Below are positions 1-13,455 of a stretch of DNA of 64,000 bases, in pieces. This DNA comes from Antedon mediterranea. Lineage: Eukaryota; Animalia; Echinodermata. The notes beneath the pieces were generated by a model, which saw only the letters and a list, made by a program, of their open reading frames with translations, was not told where the DNA came from and searched no databases. The stretch spans positions 21,142,001 to 21,206,000 of the forward strand of contig NC_092671.1 of the NCBI RefSeq assembly GCF_964355755.1, given 5' to 3'. Within the stretch, counting starts at the first letter, position 1. The number at the start of each line of letters is the position of its first letter. Made by a program: the position numbers and the translations under genes.

Positions 1-59
1 ATTTATAGATCTGCGAATATCTGGTGAAAGATTATTCCAGAGTTTGACTGAGCGGTATT

Positions 60-2470
60 GAAATGTTCTTTTACCAGAATCATTATGCCATTTTGGTAAG
101 ACTAAAGTGTTTTTCGATTCGCTTCTTGTATTTATATTGTGATAATTATCAATAAAATCATAAAAATCAATTAAAGGTCATTATAAGAATATTATGGTCC
201 CATCGTTGATTATATGTTTCCAATTGAGTGATGTCATGAGATCATCAACAGGTGTTCTAATATCAGCATATAAGATAATTCTGGCAAGTCTATTTAACAA
301 TATTTGGAGTGAGTTAACCCGCGCTGATGAATAGTTGGACCAAACGGGACTACAATAATAAAAGACTGGTAAAACTAAGGCATTTGCTAAGAGCTTAAGA
401 GAAAAATTTGGAATGAAACTTCTTAATCTACGTATAACACCAATACGTTGGGAAATCTTTGAACAAAAATTCTCAATATGTTTTCCCCACGTAAAAATGT
501 ATCAAACGTGATTCCTAAATACTTAAAACTATCGACCCTATCTACAATTTTATCATTAATTAAACAAGAAATATTACAAATGTTTGTAAAATTATGTTTG
601 GAACTAAATACCATAAATTTGGTTTTCTTAACGTTAATTGTTAGTTTGTTTGTTTTAAACCACGTTGATATATTAGCAACATTTTTATCAATAATAGATT
701 GTAATTCGATAGGATTAGAGGCTGAACAAAGGAGATTAGTGTCATCAGCAAACATTGCACATTTTGAATTAGGAGTTATAATTTCTGGTAAGGAATTTAC
801 ATAAATAATAAATAGAAGTGGCCCAAGGATGGATCCTTGAGGCACACCAATAGTAACATCTTTAGGTTCAGATAATTTTGAGTTAATTTTAACAATCTGT
901 GACCTTCCAGAAAGGTATGTTGAGAACCAGTTCAGTGTAGTCCTACCTCTGATCCCATATTGTTCAAGTTTAATTAATAGAAGTTAATGGTCAACTGTGT
1001 CGAAAGCCTTTTTTAAATCAAGAAAAGTGGCAGCAGTGACTTTGCCATTGTTAAGATTATTAAGCACGTATTCAGAAACATCAATAAGTGCAGTATTAGT
1101 AGAGTGAACATTTCTAAATCCTGATTGGCATTGAGTTATAATATTGTTATATGTTAGATATTCATAAAGTTGATCGTAAACAAATCGTTCAATGATTTTT
1201 TATAATATAGGTCGGACAGAAATTTGTCTATAATTTTCTGTATTAGATCTGTCCCCATCTTTAAAAATTGGGGTAACTTTAGCAACTTTCCAGGCTGATG
1301 GAAATGTCGCTGCGGTTAATGATACATTTATAATGTGAGTAAGTGAGTGGCAGATAATAGGAGAGGCAAGTTTAAGTAACTTTAATTCAAGAATATCAAT
1401 ACCAGAAGCTTTGTTGTTTTGAAAAGCGTTTATATGATCAAAAACTACTTCTGGTGCAATCAAATCAAAAGAAAATTTACTGTTAAAAGAAGTGTCATTA
1501 GTACTCCAATAGAAGAAAAATAACAGTTAAATTTGTTAGCTATTTTAATGTCATCAGAGACAACTTCATTCTCAGTTATAAGAGAGTTAATTGATTGTTT
1601 TTTATCATCATGTATAATACTTTTAATAGTTTTGCAAATCATTTTAGGGTTTCTAACATTTTCATTAATTGCAGTAGAACAACATTTCTTTTTAAGGTGA
1701 CGATTCATGTTGTTAGCTTTATTTCTGAATTGTTTAGCTTTTGCCCAATAAACAGGGTCATTTGTTTTATGAGCTTTAGAAAAGAAGTAGTCTCGGTCTT
1801 TACTTAATATAGAGTTCTTAATACGCTTAATTTTGAATATAAATTAGTGAATGGTCACTTATTCCAATACTCCTAGTACCATAATTTGTATACTTATTTG
1901 GATTTGATACAAAAATTAAATCCCAAATTGTTTGAGTTGAGTCAGTGATTCGTGTTGGTTGATCTATTAGTTGTGATAGACCACTACGGTATGGTGAGAA
2001 AGTTTGTTAATTTTTGACATTTTTTCTTGATATCAAGGTTTAAATCACCCATAATTATCATATCATTATATGAGGATGAATAAGATTGTAATACATTATC
2101 AAGGTTTTCAAGGTACTCAGCCTTAGCACTGGGGGGCATATAAACGGTCCCAATAACAAATGGTTTATTATGAGGTAAGTGAAATTCAATCCAAAGGCTT
2201 TCCACATTGTTGGCTTCAAACAAAGAAATTTGTTTATGTGCTATCTTATCATTAACATAACACAAGATACCACCACCCTCCTTATGCTTTCTGTCATCTC
2301 TACAAATAGTAAACCCATTAATATACAGTTCATTATTTGATATATCCTTATTTAACCAGGTCTCTGTAAAACAGAGAATATCAATGTTATGTTCATGTAA
2401 TAGAACAGAAATTTGGTCTACTTTATTACGTAGACTTTGAACGTTAAGATGGGTGATCTTTAAACCCTTA
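60..2470 (-). mobile_element. Decayed CR1/L2-group non-LTR retrotransposon ORF2 (APE endonuclease + reverse transcriptase)
   Basis: Minus-strand frames give the endonuclease start GLKITHLNVQSLRNKVDQ...CFTETWL (~2465-2350), IIMGDLN (ORF 1984-2265), WKVAKVTPIFKDG...NYRQIS (1200-1463) and PQGSILGPLLF...FADD...YLG (423-845). Several stops and frameshifts. Confidence 0.93.
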
Positions 2471-2674
2471 CTTCAGAAAAAGTCAAATTTAATTGATTCA
2501 TTAAAAAATGGTAAATTAGTAGTAGCATTTTAACATTTTTTAAATAGCAAGGCAATGTGAGACAGCGTTGAAAGAGTCTAAGTCTATGATGGGTAGTTCG
2601 TCTAGTTAAAGGCTAAGCCTTAATTAAAAAAATACCCGGAAAGGCCTGATGATAGTTATATCAACACTAAGAGA

Positions 2675-5600
2675 TGTTACAGGTGTGGATCTACTAAACA
2701 TTTAGCAAACTCTACAGACTGTAACCACTGCGGTCTAAAAAGGCATTTTGCGAGTGTATGCCGTGCGCGAAATTCATCAGTTAAGAAATTAGAGTATGCG
2801 AGTACAAACTCCAGTGAAGAAAGTGATTCAGAAAATGAGGTTTTGTGTACAATGACTACCTCAGAGAAGAAATCAGTTGTGGTGTCCGTCAAAATAAACT
2901 CTATTGATATGCAACTTATAGTAGATACGGCATCTGATGTATCCTTACTATCTCTTAAATTGTTTGATAAACATTTTGCTAGAAACGAATTAGGCAAATA
3001 TGTAACACAAATTAAAAGTTACACAACACATACGATAAATACTGTAGGCTGTTTTAAAGCTAAGGTTAAATTCAATACAGAATGTGCTACAACAACACTT
3101 TATGTGGTTGAAAAGGGCAGTAGTTTAATAGGTAAAGACTTAATTCAAGCCCTTGGTATCAATATTGACGGGAGCACACTTTCGTGTTTTAAGACTACTT
3201 TTAATGATGTACAATCGCAGTTTCCATGTTTGTTTTCAGAAAGGCTAGGTAAAGTTAAAGGTTTTACACATAAGGTCAAAGTTCGTCCTGATATAAAACC
3301 TGTGCAACAAAAACTACGTAGACTTCGATTTACGGTGCAAGCGGTTCTCGATGAAGGCATAATTGAAAAAGTTGACTCTTCTGAGTGGATCTCGCCTATA
3401 CTGGTAGCGTGGAAAAAAACGATAACATCAGAATAATGTGTCGATTTACGGAAACCAAATGAAGCTATAGTGGAAGATAAATTTCCACTCCCTTCGATCG
3501 AAGAGCTATTAAGTGAGATGCAAAGGAGCAACTCATTTTTCTAAATTAGACATTAAGTTTGCTTACCACCAGCTGCCACCAGCTCGAGTTGGATTCCAAT
3601 AGTCGGGACCTTACAGCATTTATTACACATGATGGGTTTTTCGTTTTCGTACAGTTTGTTTTGGCTTATCATCGGCCCCATCTTGTTTTCAAAAGATGAT
3701 GTCAACCATCTTGTCTGGTATACCTAACATACAATACTTTATAGATGATATTATTATTTCCAGACGCGACAAAGTAGAACATGACAGGGCGTTAATGGCG
3801 GTACTTACTTGGTTGAAAGATAGGGGATGACCTTAAATGATAAATGTGAGTTTGATGTTAAATCAATGAAAGTACTTGGTCATGTAATAGATGACAAAGG
3901 GATACATCCAAGTAATGAGTTAGTGAATGGCATCGCCAAAGCAGCAACCTCTACAATCTACCGACAGCTTAAGTCATTTTTAGGCCTGGCAGGATTTTAT
4001 GCCAAATTTGTTCCCAATTTCACATCTAAAGTGAACGCTATGAGGCAGATCCTAGTAACTGAACCATTCAATTGGACTGAGGAGGCAAATTCTGCTTTTG
4101 AAAATATTAAATTGGATATTATTAACAGTTCAGGCCTTGCATTATTTGATCCGAATCTCAAAGTTGTTGTCACAACGGATGTCAGTGGATATGGCCTCGG
4201 TGCGGTACTTACGCAAATAACACGTGATGGTACACAAGTAACAGTGGCATGTGCATCTAGAACATTAACGGGTCCTGAACGCAATTATTCGGTGGGGGAA
4301 CGCAAAGTACTTGACTGTGTGTGGGCGGTCGAACAATGGCATACTTACCTGTGCGGCAGACACTTTACTCTTCGCACAGACCACCATTAGTAACTCTACT
4401 TTCTTTGAAAGGTACAGGTCGTAGACCAATGCGTATTGCGCGATGGAACGCACGTTTGCATCATTATAAATATAAGGTGGAATACAAACCGGGCGCACAA
4501 AATAAAATTGCAGACTCCCTTTCGCGATTACCAATACAAACATCCGATTCAGCTATAAATGATGGATGATGACCATGCGGTTTGTCAAATTGTTCTATCG
4601 GATGCATATAAAGCCACTACGAAAACAGAATTAGGAAATGCTACGCATAATGATGAGGGTTTACACAGCTTAAAGCGTACCTAAATTCGGGTGGCCTAAT
4701 AACAAAAAAGATATTCCAGAAAGTGTACAACCGTATCACCGAATTAAGGATGAGTTAGCTACTCATAATGGGATTATATTTAGGGGTCAGCGTATCGTTG
4801 TACCTTCAATACTTAATGCTCAGTTAGTTCAACTTGCGCATGAAAACCATCAGGGTATAGTTCGAACTAAACAGCGATTACGTGACCTTTACTGGTGGCC
4901 TAAAATGGATGTACACGTTACCGAGGCAATTAAACACTGTGTGACTTGCCAGATGTCAGACAAGTCAGCTAAAATAAGAATTGCTCCAATGCAACCAGTA
5001 TCCTTACCAGAACGCCCATGGAAAAAATGGGTATTGATTTGGTAGGACCAGATTATTCGGCTCCGGCAAGCGAGCGTTACATAATTTCTTTGATTGATTA
5101 CCGTAGTAAATGGCCCGAAGTTGCGTTTTGTTCAGACATCACTACTAAAACCCTAATTACGTTCTTAATTGAAGTTTTCAGTAGAGAAGGTTACCCTGAT
5201 GAGATAGTTTCGGATAATGGGACACAGTTGACAAGAAAGCCGAGAATTTGAAAAGTTTCTCGCTAAGCGAAATATCAAACATATATTTTCCACGGTTTAC
5301 CACCCTGAAGGGAATAGTACGATTGAATGGTTTAATCGAATTCTGAATGAAACTACCCAAACTGCGTGATAGGAAAAGCGACCACTGAGACTAATTGCAC
5401 TCAGTTTTTAGGTACATTCGGGCAACGCGTCATGCCACTACAGGCAAAACTCCTTCGGTTTTATTGCATGGACGACCTTTCAGAACTATGCTAGATATTG
5501 TAGGTGTTACTAACAACCTCCCTCAATTAAAACCTGAGGAAGTAGACAATAGGGTTAAAAGCGACAAGCACAATGCAAGGAGAGCTATGTGTAAACGTGT

Positions 5601-6085
5601 TAAAAACAGATATTTTAACCCTGGAGATGTGGTTAGAATTAAGAAACTTTGGAGGGTACATTAAGGGGGAGAGTAACTTCACTGAACCCGTTACAATCAG
5701 ACAGAAACTTGGTCAATATGCCTATATCATGACTAATAAGCAAAAATGGAATGTTAAGTATTTGGCTCCTTTTGAATGGGAGATAGATGATAGTGATTTA
5801 ATTGAGCTTCCAGATAATATTCCTTCAAACAACATAGCAAATAACTTAGCAGAACCTCATAGAGGCTGAAGGAATCGAAATCCACCTAGTTGGACTAGAG
5901 ATTATATCATGGATGTTTAAAAGTTGATTATGATGTTTAGTTTTAGATGTTTTATTGTTGCATACTGTTGATCTTTATAGAGAGGGGGAAATGTGGTATC
6001 CGATAGTTTGCCGATGAAGGCGGTAGAGGAGACCGCATTGGTAGAAGAGTAGAGAAAGGAATAGAGAATAAAAGGCTGTTATTGA
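2675..6085 (+). mobile_element. Decayed Ty3/Gypsy LTR retrotransposon (gag zinc knuckles, protease, RT, RNase H, integrase, PPT, start of 3' LTR)
   Basis: Cys/His knuckles CYRCGSTKH and CNHCGLKRHFASVC at 2675-2765; protease LIVDTAS; RT YFIDD near 3735; RNase H TDVSGYGLGAVL; integrase HENHQG...CVTC, GIDLVGP, SDNG. Order PR-RT-RH-IN. Polypurine tract AGAGAGGGGGAAA at ~5979-5991 directly followed by TG at 5992. Many frameshifts; no 5' LTR seen. Confidence 0.93.
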
Positions 6086-6117
6086 AACGAAATACTGGTT
6101 ATTTTCTAGCCTCATTT

Positions 6118-6566
6118 CATGGTTGTCTCTACCATATCCGATTCTCACCAAATTTGGCCACAATGATCTATGCCCCAAAAGCTCAGACGAGTTCGAATTT
6201 GAGGGGAAAAGGTCATAGGTCAAGGTCACAACTAACAAAACTATTTTACTGCCTAGAGACCACAGTTTTTATCTGATTCTCGCCAAACTTAGCCACAATG
6301 ATCAATAATTGTGGTTAAATTTTGAAGGGCCAGGGTCAAAGATCAAGGTCCACGTCCACAAAAAAAAAATAAAAAAATAATAATAATTTTAAAAACCAGT
6401 GATCTCAACTGGATACATAACCATTACACCAAACTCTCATCCACAACTTTTTAGTGTGTAGTTAGCCTATTTACTTAGGCCTAATTAAAAAAAATATATT
6501 TTTATACATGTTATGTAGAGGAATTTTACAGTAGGCGGAGGTTTGTAATTTCGGAGTACCCTCTAT
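6118..6566 (+). mobile_element. 5'-truncated Helentron-associated non-autonomous element (HINE/DINE-1-like)
   Basis: Reverse-complement match to 28376-29668 (ccaaatttggccacaatgatct...ggtcataggtcaaggtcacaactaac...ccaaactctcatccacaac). The 3' sub-terminal GGCGGAGGT at ~6534 is complementary to the ACCTCCGCC head of the other copy. Confidence 0.6.
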
Positions 6567-7557
6567 AAGAAAGGAAAGGATCATGTCTCAAACAGAGAAA
6601 TCCTTTCGTGACTACTAAACACAGAAATGAACATACTTGCACATCACCCTCATTTTTACTAGAAAATACTGCAGAAAATATTACATTTAAAGAAAATGTT
6701 GAAGCTGCACTTCTAGAAGAGCACTTATTCTGTTTTTATACTAACACAGAAGTAAGTGAATTATTTGTTTTGATAGAAGAAAGGAAACCTCACATTTTTT
6801 TTCTCTTTTGTGGTTAACCACCACCTTTATTCATTCAATCTTTCATACATATTTCGTTCATATTTCATTTTGTACATTAAATTTCCGTTTTCTGCTTTTT
6901 TCGTTATTTTATGATTTTTACACTTTTAACCTTTATACATAGTGTTTTGATTTATAGGCCTATGCATACAAATAACCATAAAAATCTACACTTCATTTTG
7001 TACATGAAATAATACATTTTAAAATACAAATATGGATGCCACTTATTGTAGGTTACAACATGCCTAGTGTGTTCTATTAAAATAAATTTAAACTGAATCC
7101 AGGTTTTTTAAGTTCAGTAATGTATTACGTCTACAATAATAAAACATATTATTTGTTCCCAAATTTATTTCGAAAGGAGAGAGTGAATAAAGCTCATGGT
7201 GGACATGTTACTATTTGCAATGAACTGTGTCAACTAAATCCTGAATCGATATGGTGAACTGGGGATGGAGAAAGGACGGCAACAAATTTCGTCCAGTTTG
7301 GAGTTCATTGCCCGAACTTTCAGATGTCATAAATGTGTGGAGAAACTAATAAAACAAACAAACAAACAAAGGTTTTAATTCGCTGTGGATGCACTGACTG
7401 TGATATTGGACGCTGTACATGCAGAAAGAGTGATTTACCGTGTACAGAGCTGTGTGGTTGCCAGGAAAAATGTAACCTACAATAATTGTGTCCGTGTTAA
7501 ATGCATGTAACTATAAACATAAACAAATAGTGTAAAGCCAGTACGGTTTGAGCTACG

Positions 7558-7800
7558 TTCAAAATGGCCGCCATGCAATCAAAGACGTTATACCAATATG
7601 TTTGTTGACCTCAATACCATATTATACTTTGTACCTAAATTATAACTGTAGTGACCGTACAGAAACATTTGGAGTTCGCCATTTTGAAATACAAAATGGC
7701 CGCCATGCAATCAAAATGTTAGTTAATTACTAATATGTTTGGTGACCCATTACCATATAATTTGCACCTAAAATCAGAACTCTGGGTGCCATTGGCAGTT
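7558..7800. repeat. Two ~135-bp diverged direct repeats, probably internal to a non-autonomous DNA element
   Basis: caaaatggccgccatgcaatcaaa occurs at ~7560 and ~7692, each followed by similar sequence. Confidence 0.5.
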
Positions 7801-8214
7801 TTATGATTTATATTACATTAGAACATATATAAAAATATACGTTACGATTAATTTGTGACCACAATTATCAATTTCTTGACCAGTGGTCAGAAAGGGGATT
7901 TCTGTCCACTTTTGGCAAAAGTTTCCCATTAGAGTGAATAGAAATATGGGTCTGAGTAGTTTGGCATAAAAATATATTCCAATACACCCAGTAGTTACCA
8001 AGTTACGCACAGTCCTAAATTTGACCATATTGAACTTTTGGCTGTACTGACCAAGCATCCCAATTTTTGCGGCCAACAGCAAAAAATTAATTTGTATTGA
8101 TATAAGGAAGCAAAAAACATTGTTAACATAGTTTTCTAGAGGGTGCAGGTGAACCCCTTCTAGATCCCCAACTAATTCTGTCGGCGGACTACAGATCATC
8201 ACTTGGTATGTGCC

Positions 8215-8680
8215 CCGTGGTTAAATTCGCGGATGACACAAGTATGATACGTCTTTTATAAATTCTGATAATGATTTACAGTATCGCAATGAAATTAAAA
8301 GATTCATCGAATTTTGCCAAGACAACTATTTACAAATTAATGCTTCAAAAACAAAAGAGATGATCGATTATAGGACTAAAATACATTAATTTTTCAACCG
8401 ATTACTATACAGTACTAAAGAAACAATTATTTGTCGTATGTAGACATACTGCCCTGTGTGTTGGGCTGGAAATGCTACTGGGGGAAACAAAGGAAGGACT
8501 GAAAATCATAGTTGCATTGTTTTGGATGTCTCCCACCCTCTTCATCAGGTAATAATTGACCAATTAAATCCAAGCGGTAGGAAGAGACTCTATAAAAACA
8601 AATTTCCTAGATTCGCTAAATCCTTTGTTCCCTCTAGTATCATCCAGTACAACCGCAATGTAGGTAGATAATTTATTTCT
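8215..8680 (+). mobile_element. Rex1/Babar-like or L2-like LINE RT fragment
   Basis: VVKFADDTS at ~8217, then YRNEIKRFIEFCQDNYLQINASKTKEMID, and a C-terminal SHPLH...RFAKSFVPSSI. Internally deleted. Confidence 0.75.
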
Positions 8681-10029
8681 CTATTTTGTTGATGATCTGA
8701 CTTTTGACTTGATATTGATTAATAACTTTAGGACAGAATTGTTTTGATATTTGTTTTTCCGTTACGTTTTATCTTTGTATGCGACAAGCACCATTATTTT
8801 AGCACTGTTATCTTATCCGCCTGTTAACTGATTAATGGCGTATAGGAAATCTCTCTTCAAAAACCATAATAGCACCATATTCATTTGAATTGACATAACC
8901 AAATAAGGAAATGCATTGTATCTTTTTAATATAGCTCAGGCCTACGGGATATTTTATAAAATAATTTAAAACGAAACGAAGATAAATTGAATAATTGAGA
9001 AGTCAACGATGTTTGAGTAAATTTATTGACAGTAACAATGAATAATAAATCAGGCTGTGGACGTTTGAATGATGTTTACATGTTGAACGATTTTATTGTT
9101 AGTGGTAAGTAAAGTTAAAAGTTGTTCCATTGCCAATTGTTATCCAAGTGTAAATAAAAATGATCATTAGTAAAATTAAAATGAATTATCTATGGTATTT
9201 TTAAAAAGTCTACATTTATGTTCTTCAAAATACATTCAAACATAAGTGATGAATCCAACCAAAAAAAATCAAAAGCTTTTGATAGCATGCCTAACAGAAA
9301 TCAATATATAGTACAATGAACAATAAGAACAGTAAGAGGCGCGGTAGTTACCTTTCCATCTATACCTTCCATGAGCTAACGTTAACCAATCCCATTGATA
9401 CTAAGTTGAATAGAGGTAAGTTCATTATAATATTTAAAATATCTGTTTTGGATAATTAGTCCAATTTAGCTTAGATTAAGTACAGTAACCAAGCATTGCA
9501 ATCTAATAAATTACTCGAGAATCGTTTAATTTCAGAAACCATTTAGTAAGGAAAATTTATGCTTCTAAATAAATAATTGAAAACATAATTAAAACAAGCA
9601 CTTATTAACTACTCAGCCTTGTTGCTATGTTGATTTCATTCTTGAGTCATGTTTTTTTTCTGGTAATTTCATCGTAATCCCCTCGATGGTTATAAATAAT
9701 AGAAAAGAAAATAAAAGCCAATACTTATAATTAAGTCGTGAAATCGGTTTAGTTTCATGACTGAGTCTTAAATTTACCTTAATTGAGACGAATATATTGT
9801 TAGTAAATTATACGACGTTATTAAATGAGAATCATTGTCGAAAAGCCGACCAAGAAAGAGTCTCGTTTAAAGTGGTTTGTCCATGGTAAATATTAAACTA
9901 TATATTATTCCATCCTCTTTAATAAAACCATATATTCCTGTAATTTCAAGTTGAAAACAAACTCATAGAATCGAATTATCTTTTTTTCTATTAAAAAAAA
10001 CCAATAATAATTTCGGAATTTTTCTGGTT

Positions 10030-10292
10030 TGTTATTGTTATTATTTATACTGGGCGACCTTTTCAATCAAAGACTGGTCTCCCAGAGGGCCCAGTTGGTG
10101 ATCAGTGGCTGTGATGTACTAATACACCGGGGTAACCCCCCTACTCGTCTCGAAAGATGTACTAGGCTATTTGAAGTGAACACAAGCTAGTTGTGTACAC
10201 TGGACCTACGGTTTATAGTCCTTATCCGAGAAGACTCGCCGATGTTATGGCTACGTAATTACGGTTCCACTGTCTTAACCACTCGGCCACTC
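10030..10292 (-). mobile_element. tRNA-derived SINE with Deu/Nin-like central domain
   Basis: Minus strand shows the A-box-like head GTGGCCGAGTGGTTAAGAC, then GTCTTCTCGGATAAGGACTATAAACCGTAGGTCC (Deu/Nin-like) and CGAGACGAGTAGGGGGGTTACCCCGG. A second copy lies at 30969. Confidence 0.7.
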
Positions 10293-10431
10293 ACAGTAAC
10301 ATCAAATAGTTTTACCAAAATAATAAATGAAAATCATATACCGTATATATAAACACAACAGGCATAGAACAAATTCTAAACCGCCCGATGATATACTGAA
10401 AATGTATTAATTAATTTGAAATTAAGGATAA

Positions 10432-10510
10432 GATGAGGAAATCTGTGAGAATGAGAAAAAGTCAAACGAGATTTGAACCCGGAACCTTCTGCTTAACCGT
10501 TAGAGCACTG
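10432..10510 (-). mobile_element. tRNA-derived SINE head fragment
   Basis: B-box GGGTTCAAATCTCG followed by TTTTTCTCATTCTCACAGATTTCC. Related fragments at ~19505 and ~53798. Confidence 0.55.
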
Positions 10511-10521
10511 GTGGAGGTGTC

Positions 10522-10648
10522 GTTTAAACTCGATTGGATAGCGACTCTTTGACATTCTCGACGTGGTACGTAGTACGGGGTACGGCGTGCGTACAATTGA
10601 GGGACTCTATAGTGCTGTTCAAGAGTCGCTATCCAATCCAGTTTGAAC
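10522..10648. repeat. Short foldback: ~33-bp imperfect inverted repeats around a ~60-bp CpG-rich spacer
   Basis: gtttaaactcgattggatagcgactctttgaca versus tgttcaagagtcgctatccaatccagtttgaac. Confidence 0.75.
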
Positions 10649-11334
10649 AATATCATAAAAGCCTCAGGGGTGTACGGTATTATTACCGGTACTTATGTAT
10701 TGAAGATGTATAATATTTTTTAAGAATAATACAATAAAGTAATTGTAAAATTCATATGGTATTAGGTCTAACTTTGCACTAATTTGAGCACAGACGTTTT
10801 TTTAATTTCAATTTTTAAAAAGCATCAGGCCTGTAACATTTCGATTTAGGTCTACCAGACTTTACCGTAAACATTTTGCGCGCAATACTAAATCAAATGC
10901 TGATTTGGTTTATTACTCTATCCTATAAATATTAAGCCAGTTAACTCGCTAATCGTAAAAAGCTAACCACGTTATTTTACAATGTTAGTTTCACATAAAA
11001 CGACTGGCTTGATCATGATCAGTGAAAGCATGATCAACGGCGAATGTAAACCCGAGGAAACTTGCCCCAGAATCATTTTTACTTGAATTTGCAGACATTC
11101 TACAATTAAAATACTGAAGATTTATGTAAACCGACGTATTAAACACCATTTCTTGCGATTAAACACCGGATTTTCGTATTTATAAATTTTACGATTTACA
11201 ATGGCCTATAAATTGAATAATTGATGATCGAAAATATGATTGATAATTGAAATTTATGATACATGTTTTTGTTTTCAAAGAAAGAAAAATGGATGTACAT
11301 TTTTATTGTATTACAACTAATAAGGCATAACAAC

Positions 11335-11540
11335 GAGGAATTAATCACTGTCCTATCAGATAGGTGGTAATACCCCTAATACAAGGAATAATGAACTGGG
11401 TTCTTTAAAGTGCACACAGGTTATAACTGTGCACACTGGCCCACCAACAGAACTAGGAGCGAGTCGGCCTCGAACCCTTGTCGATATTTTTGGCTCTTTA
11501 GGTAGGCCTACGGTAAACGACGCCCCTGCCTTAACCACAT
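11335..11540 (-). mobile_element. tRNA-derived SINE (diverged)
   Basis: Minus strand GTGGTTAAGGC (A-box-like) ... GGTTCGAGGCC (B-box-like) ... GTGCACTTTAAAGAACCC, the last shared with the Deu/Nin-type copies. Confidence 0.55.
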
Positions 11541-13062
11541 TGATTCAGTTTCTTTAAAATTAGAAAATATATCGAAACGTCAAATTCTCAACATGTCTTT
11601 CGTCTTTTGTTTATTTTATGAACATTTGTAGTAATATGTTCAATCTAATTTAACCGTCTCATAAATAACATTAGGTACTTTCCACATCGACTATTTAAAA
11701 AATTTTTATTTGTATGATATGCGCATGCGTTAGGCGACTGACACGCGTACCATATGACGTATGACGTCATAGAAAAGTTTACCAAAATCATGGCCGAGAA
11801 CGATCTTGCGATGATTTTCTGGGAATGTACCGGTAGTAAAGTGAACTTCAGTCAAATTATATTTGCAAACTGTGCGCTACTATAGAGATTCAATAACATT
11901 TTTTATTCAATAACTAACAGTAACCCGTGCTGCCCAAGATATTTTCTGCCTTCATATGTGTTTATAAAATAAAAGCTCACTCTGATAAAAGTACTTTGAC
12001 AAATTATTAAAATAAAACAAATTGTAACTACTGCCATTTATTTGTTATACACTATCCCTTCACTTTAAAATATATGTAGGCTAAAAATAGTGGGATATGG
12101 AACTTTAGACTTTACTTTTGACTGTTCAGACTTTAGGAAAATAAAAGACGCTAAAGAAAAAATTGTGCTTTGTGAATTACATGTGCGCTTAAACACATAA
12201 CGAAAGTATAAAATGCCAAACTATATTATTTTTCGTGTTTTTCGTGGTGTATTAATTATTTGATTTATTGATTTTAACTTATCATCCGCTAAATCATACA
12301 GGAAATCGCAGTTCTTTCCATTCCATCTTACATACATGATACAGGTATCGCGGTTGCTGACGGTCCAGTTAAATGTTTAGGTATCAATTTTACACACGAT
12401 GGTAATGACATATTCCGCCTTAAGTATATGCAGAAACTATCTAGACTAAAGAATCAGCTTAAGTGGAGTGGACTGGGAGAGATCTCACAACGACAACGGT
12501 ATTGTTAAAATATTTGCTATTAGCCAGCTTGCATATTCCAAGTTCTCTCCAATCTTCCGGAAACATTTATTAAAAAAGTCCAAAATGCAATCTTTGATTT
12601 CGTCTGGAATGGCAAACCGGATAAGGCAGAAGGAATACAATGTACGCTAAAATTAACAAGTGGCTACTTAGGTTATGCATATTCAAAGTTTCGCATTGCT
12701 CTAAAAATGACCTGGATTAAAGGATATAAAAATGTGAATAACACTGGCTTTTGGAAAATGTTCTTTAATCAATTCTCTATTTGGAAAAGAACTCATCTTT
12801 CGTTGTAATTTACATATCAAAGATGTCACAAATGTTGATAACAATTTTATTAAATATATCTGTATTGGTTGGAGTAAGGCTACTTGCTTATGTAACTTCG
12901 GTAATCAAATTATCTGGAACAACACAAAAGAATAGACAATGTGAAGAGGGAATTACTTATATTAAAGATCTTTTCTTCCTAAGCATTATGATAATCATGA
13001 CATGTTTTTGAATAGATATAATGTTATTAATTTTCCTTTTATTACATTATATGGAATATTAA

Positions 13063-13285
13063 ATAATAATAATAATAATAATAGTTCATTCTTATATAAC
13101 GCATATAAGCAAGCTCTCAATGCGCTGAACATTATTACCCCAGTCATTTTTTAGATCAAACACGTATGGAAACACACTCCCATAATGCAGCTAGTAATCA
13201 GCGCAAAGTTGTGTCTTGATCTAACCGGGTTCTCATTTATACACCTGGATGGAGAGAGGCAAACGTAAGTAGACACACTGCCCAT
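13063..13285 (-). mobile_element. SINE 3' portion with L2-like tail and (ATT)n end
   Basis: Minus strand GCCTCTCTCCATCCAGGTGTATAAATGAG ... AGCGCATTGAG ... GCGTTATATAAGAATGAACT(ATT)n. Confidence 0.6.
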
Positions 13286-13455
13286 ACAATTAAGATGTCA
13301 CGTTTAATTTCCCTTTGTTAATTACCGATATTAGTAAACCTCCAATATATAGTATATAACAAATGAGGCTTAAACTTCAATATCACGCCAGCAAATTTGA
13401 AACATATTTGAGACACCAATTCGTACATCTACCGAGGCCAAGATACAATACTTTC

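Noticed and set aside
478-4543. Antisense ORFs over the LINE and Gypsy relics (478-804 +, 2677-2997 -, 3145-3531 -, 3997-4284 -, 4265-4543 -)
   Set aside because: Shadows of the retroelement coding strand with no independent motifs.
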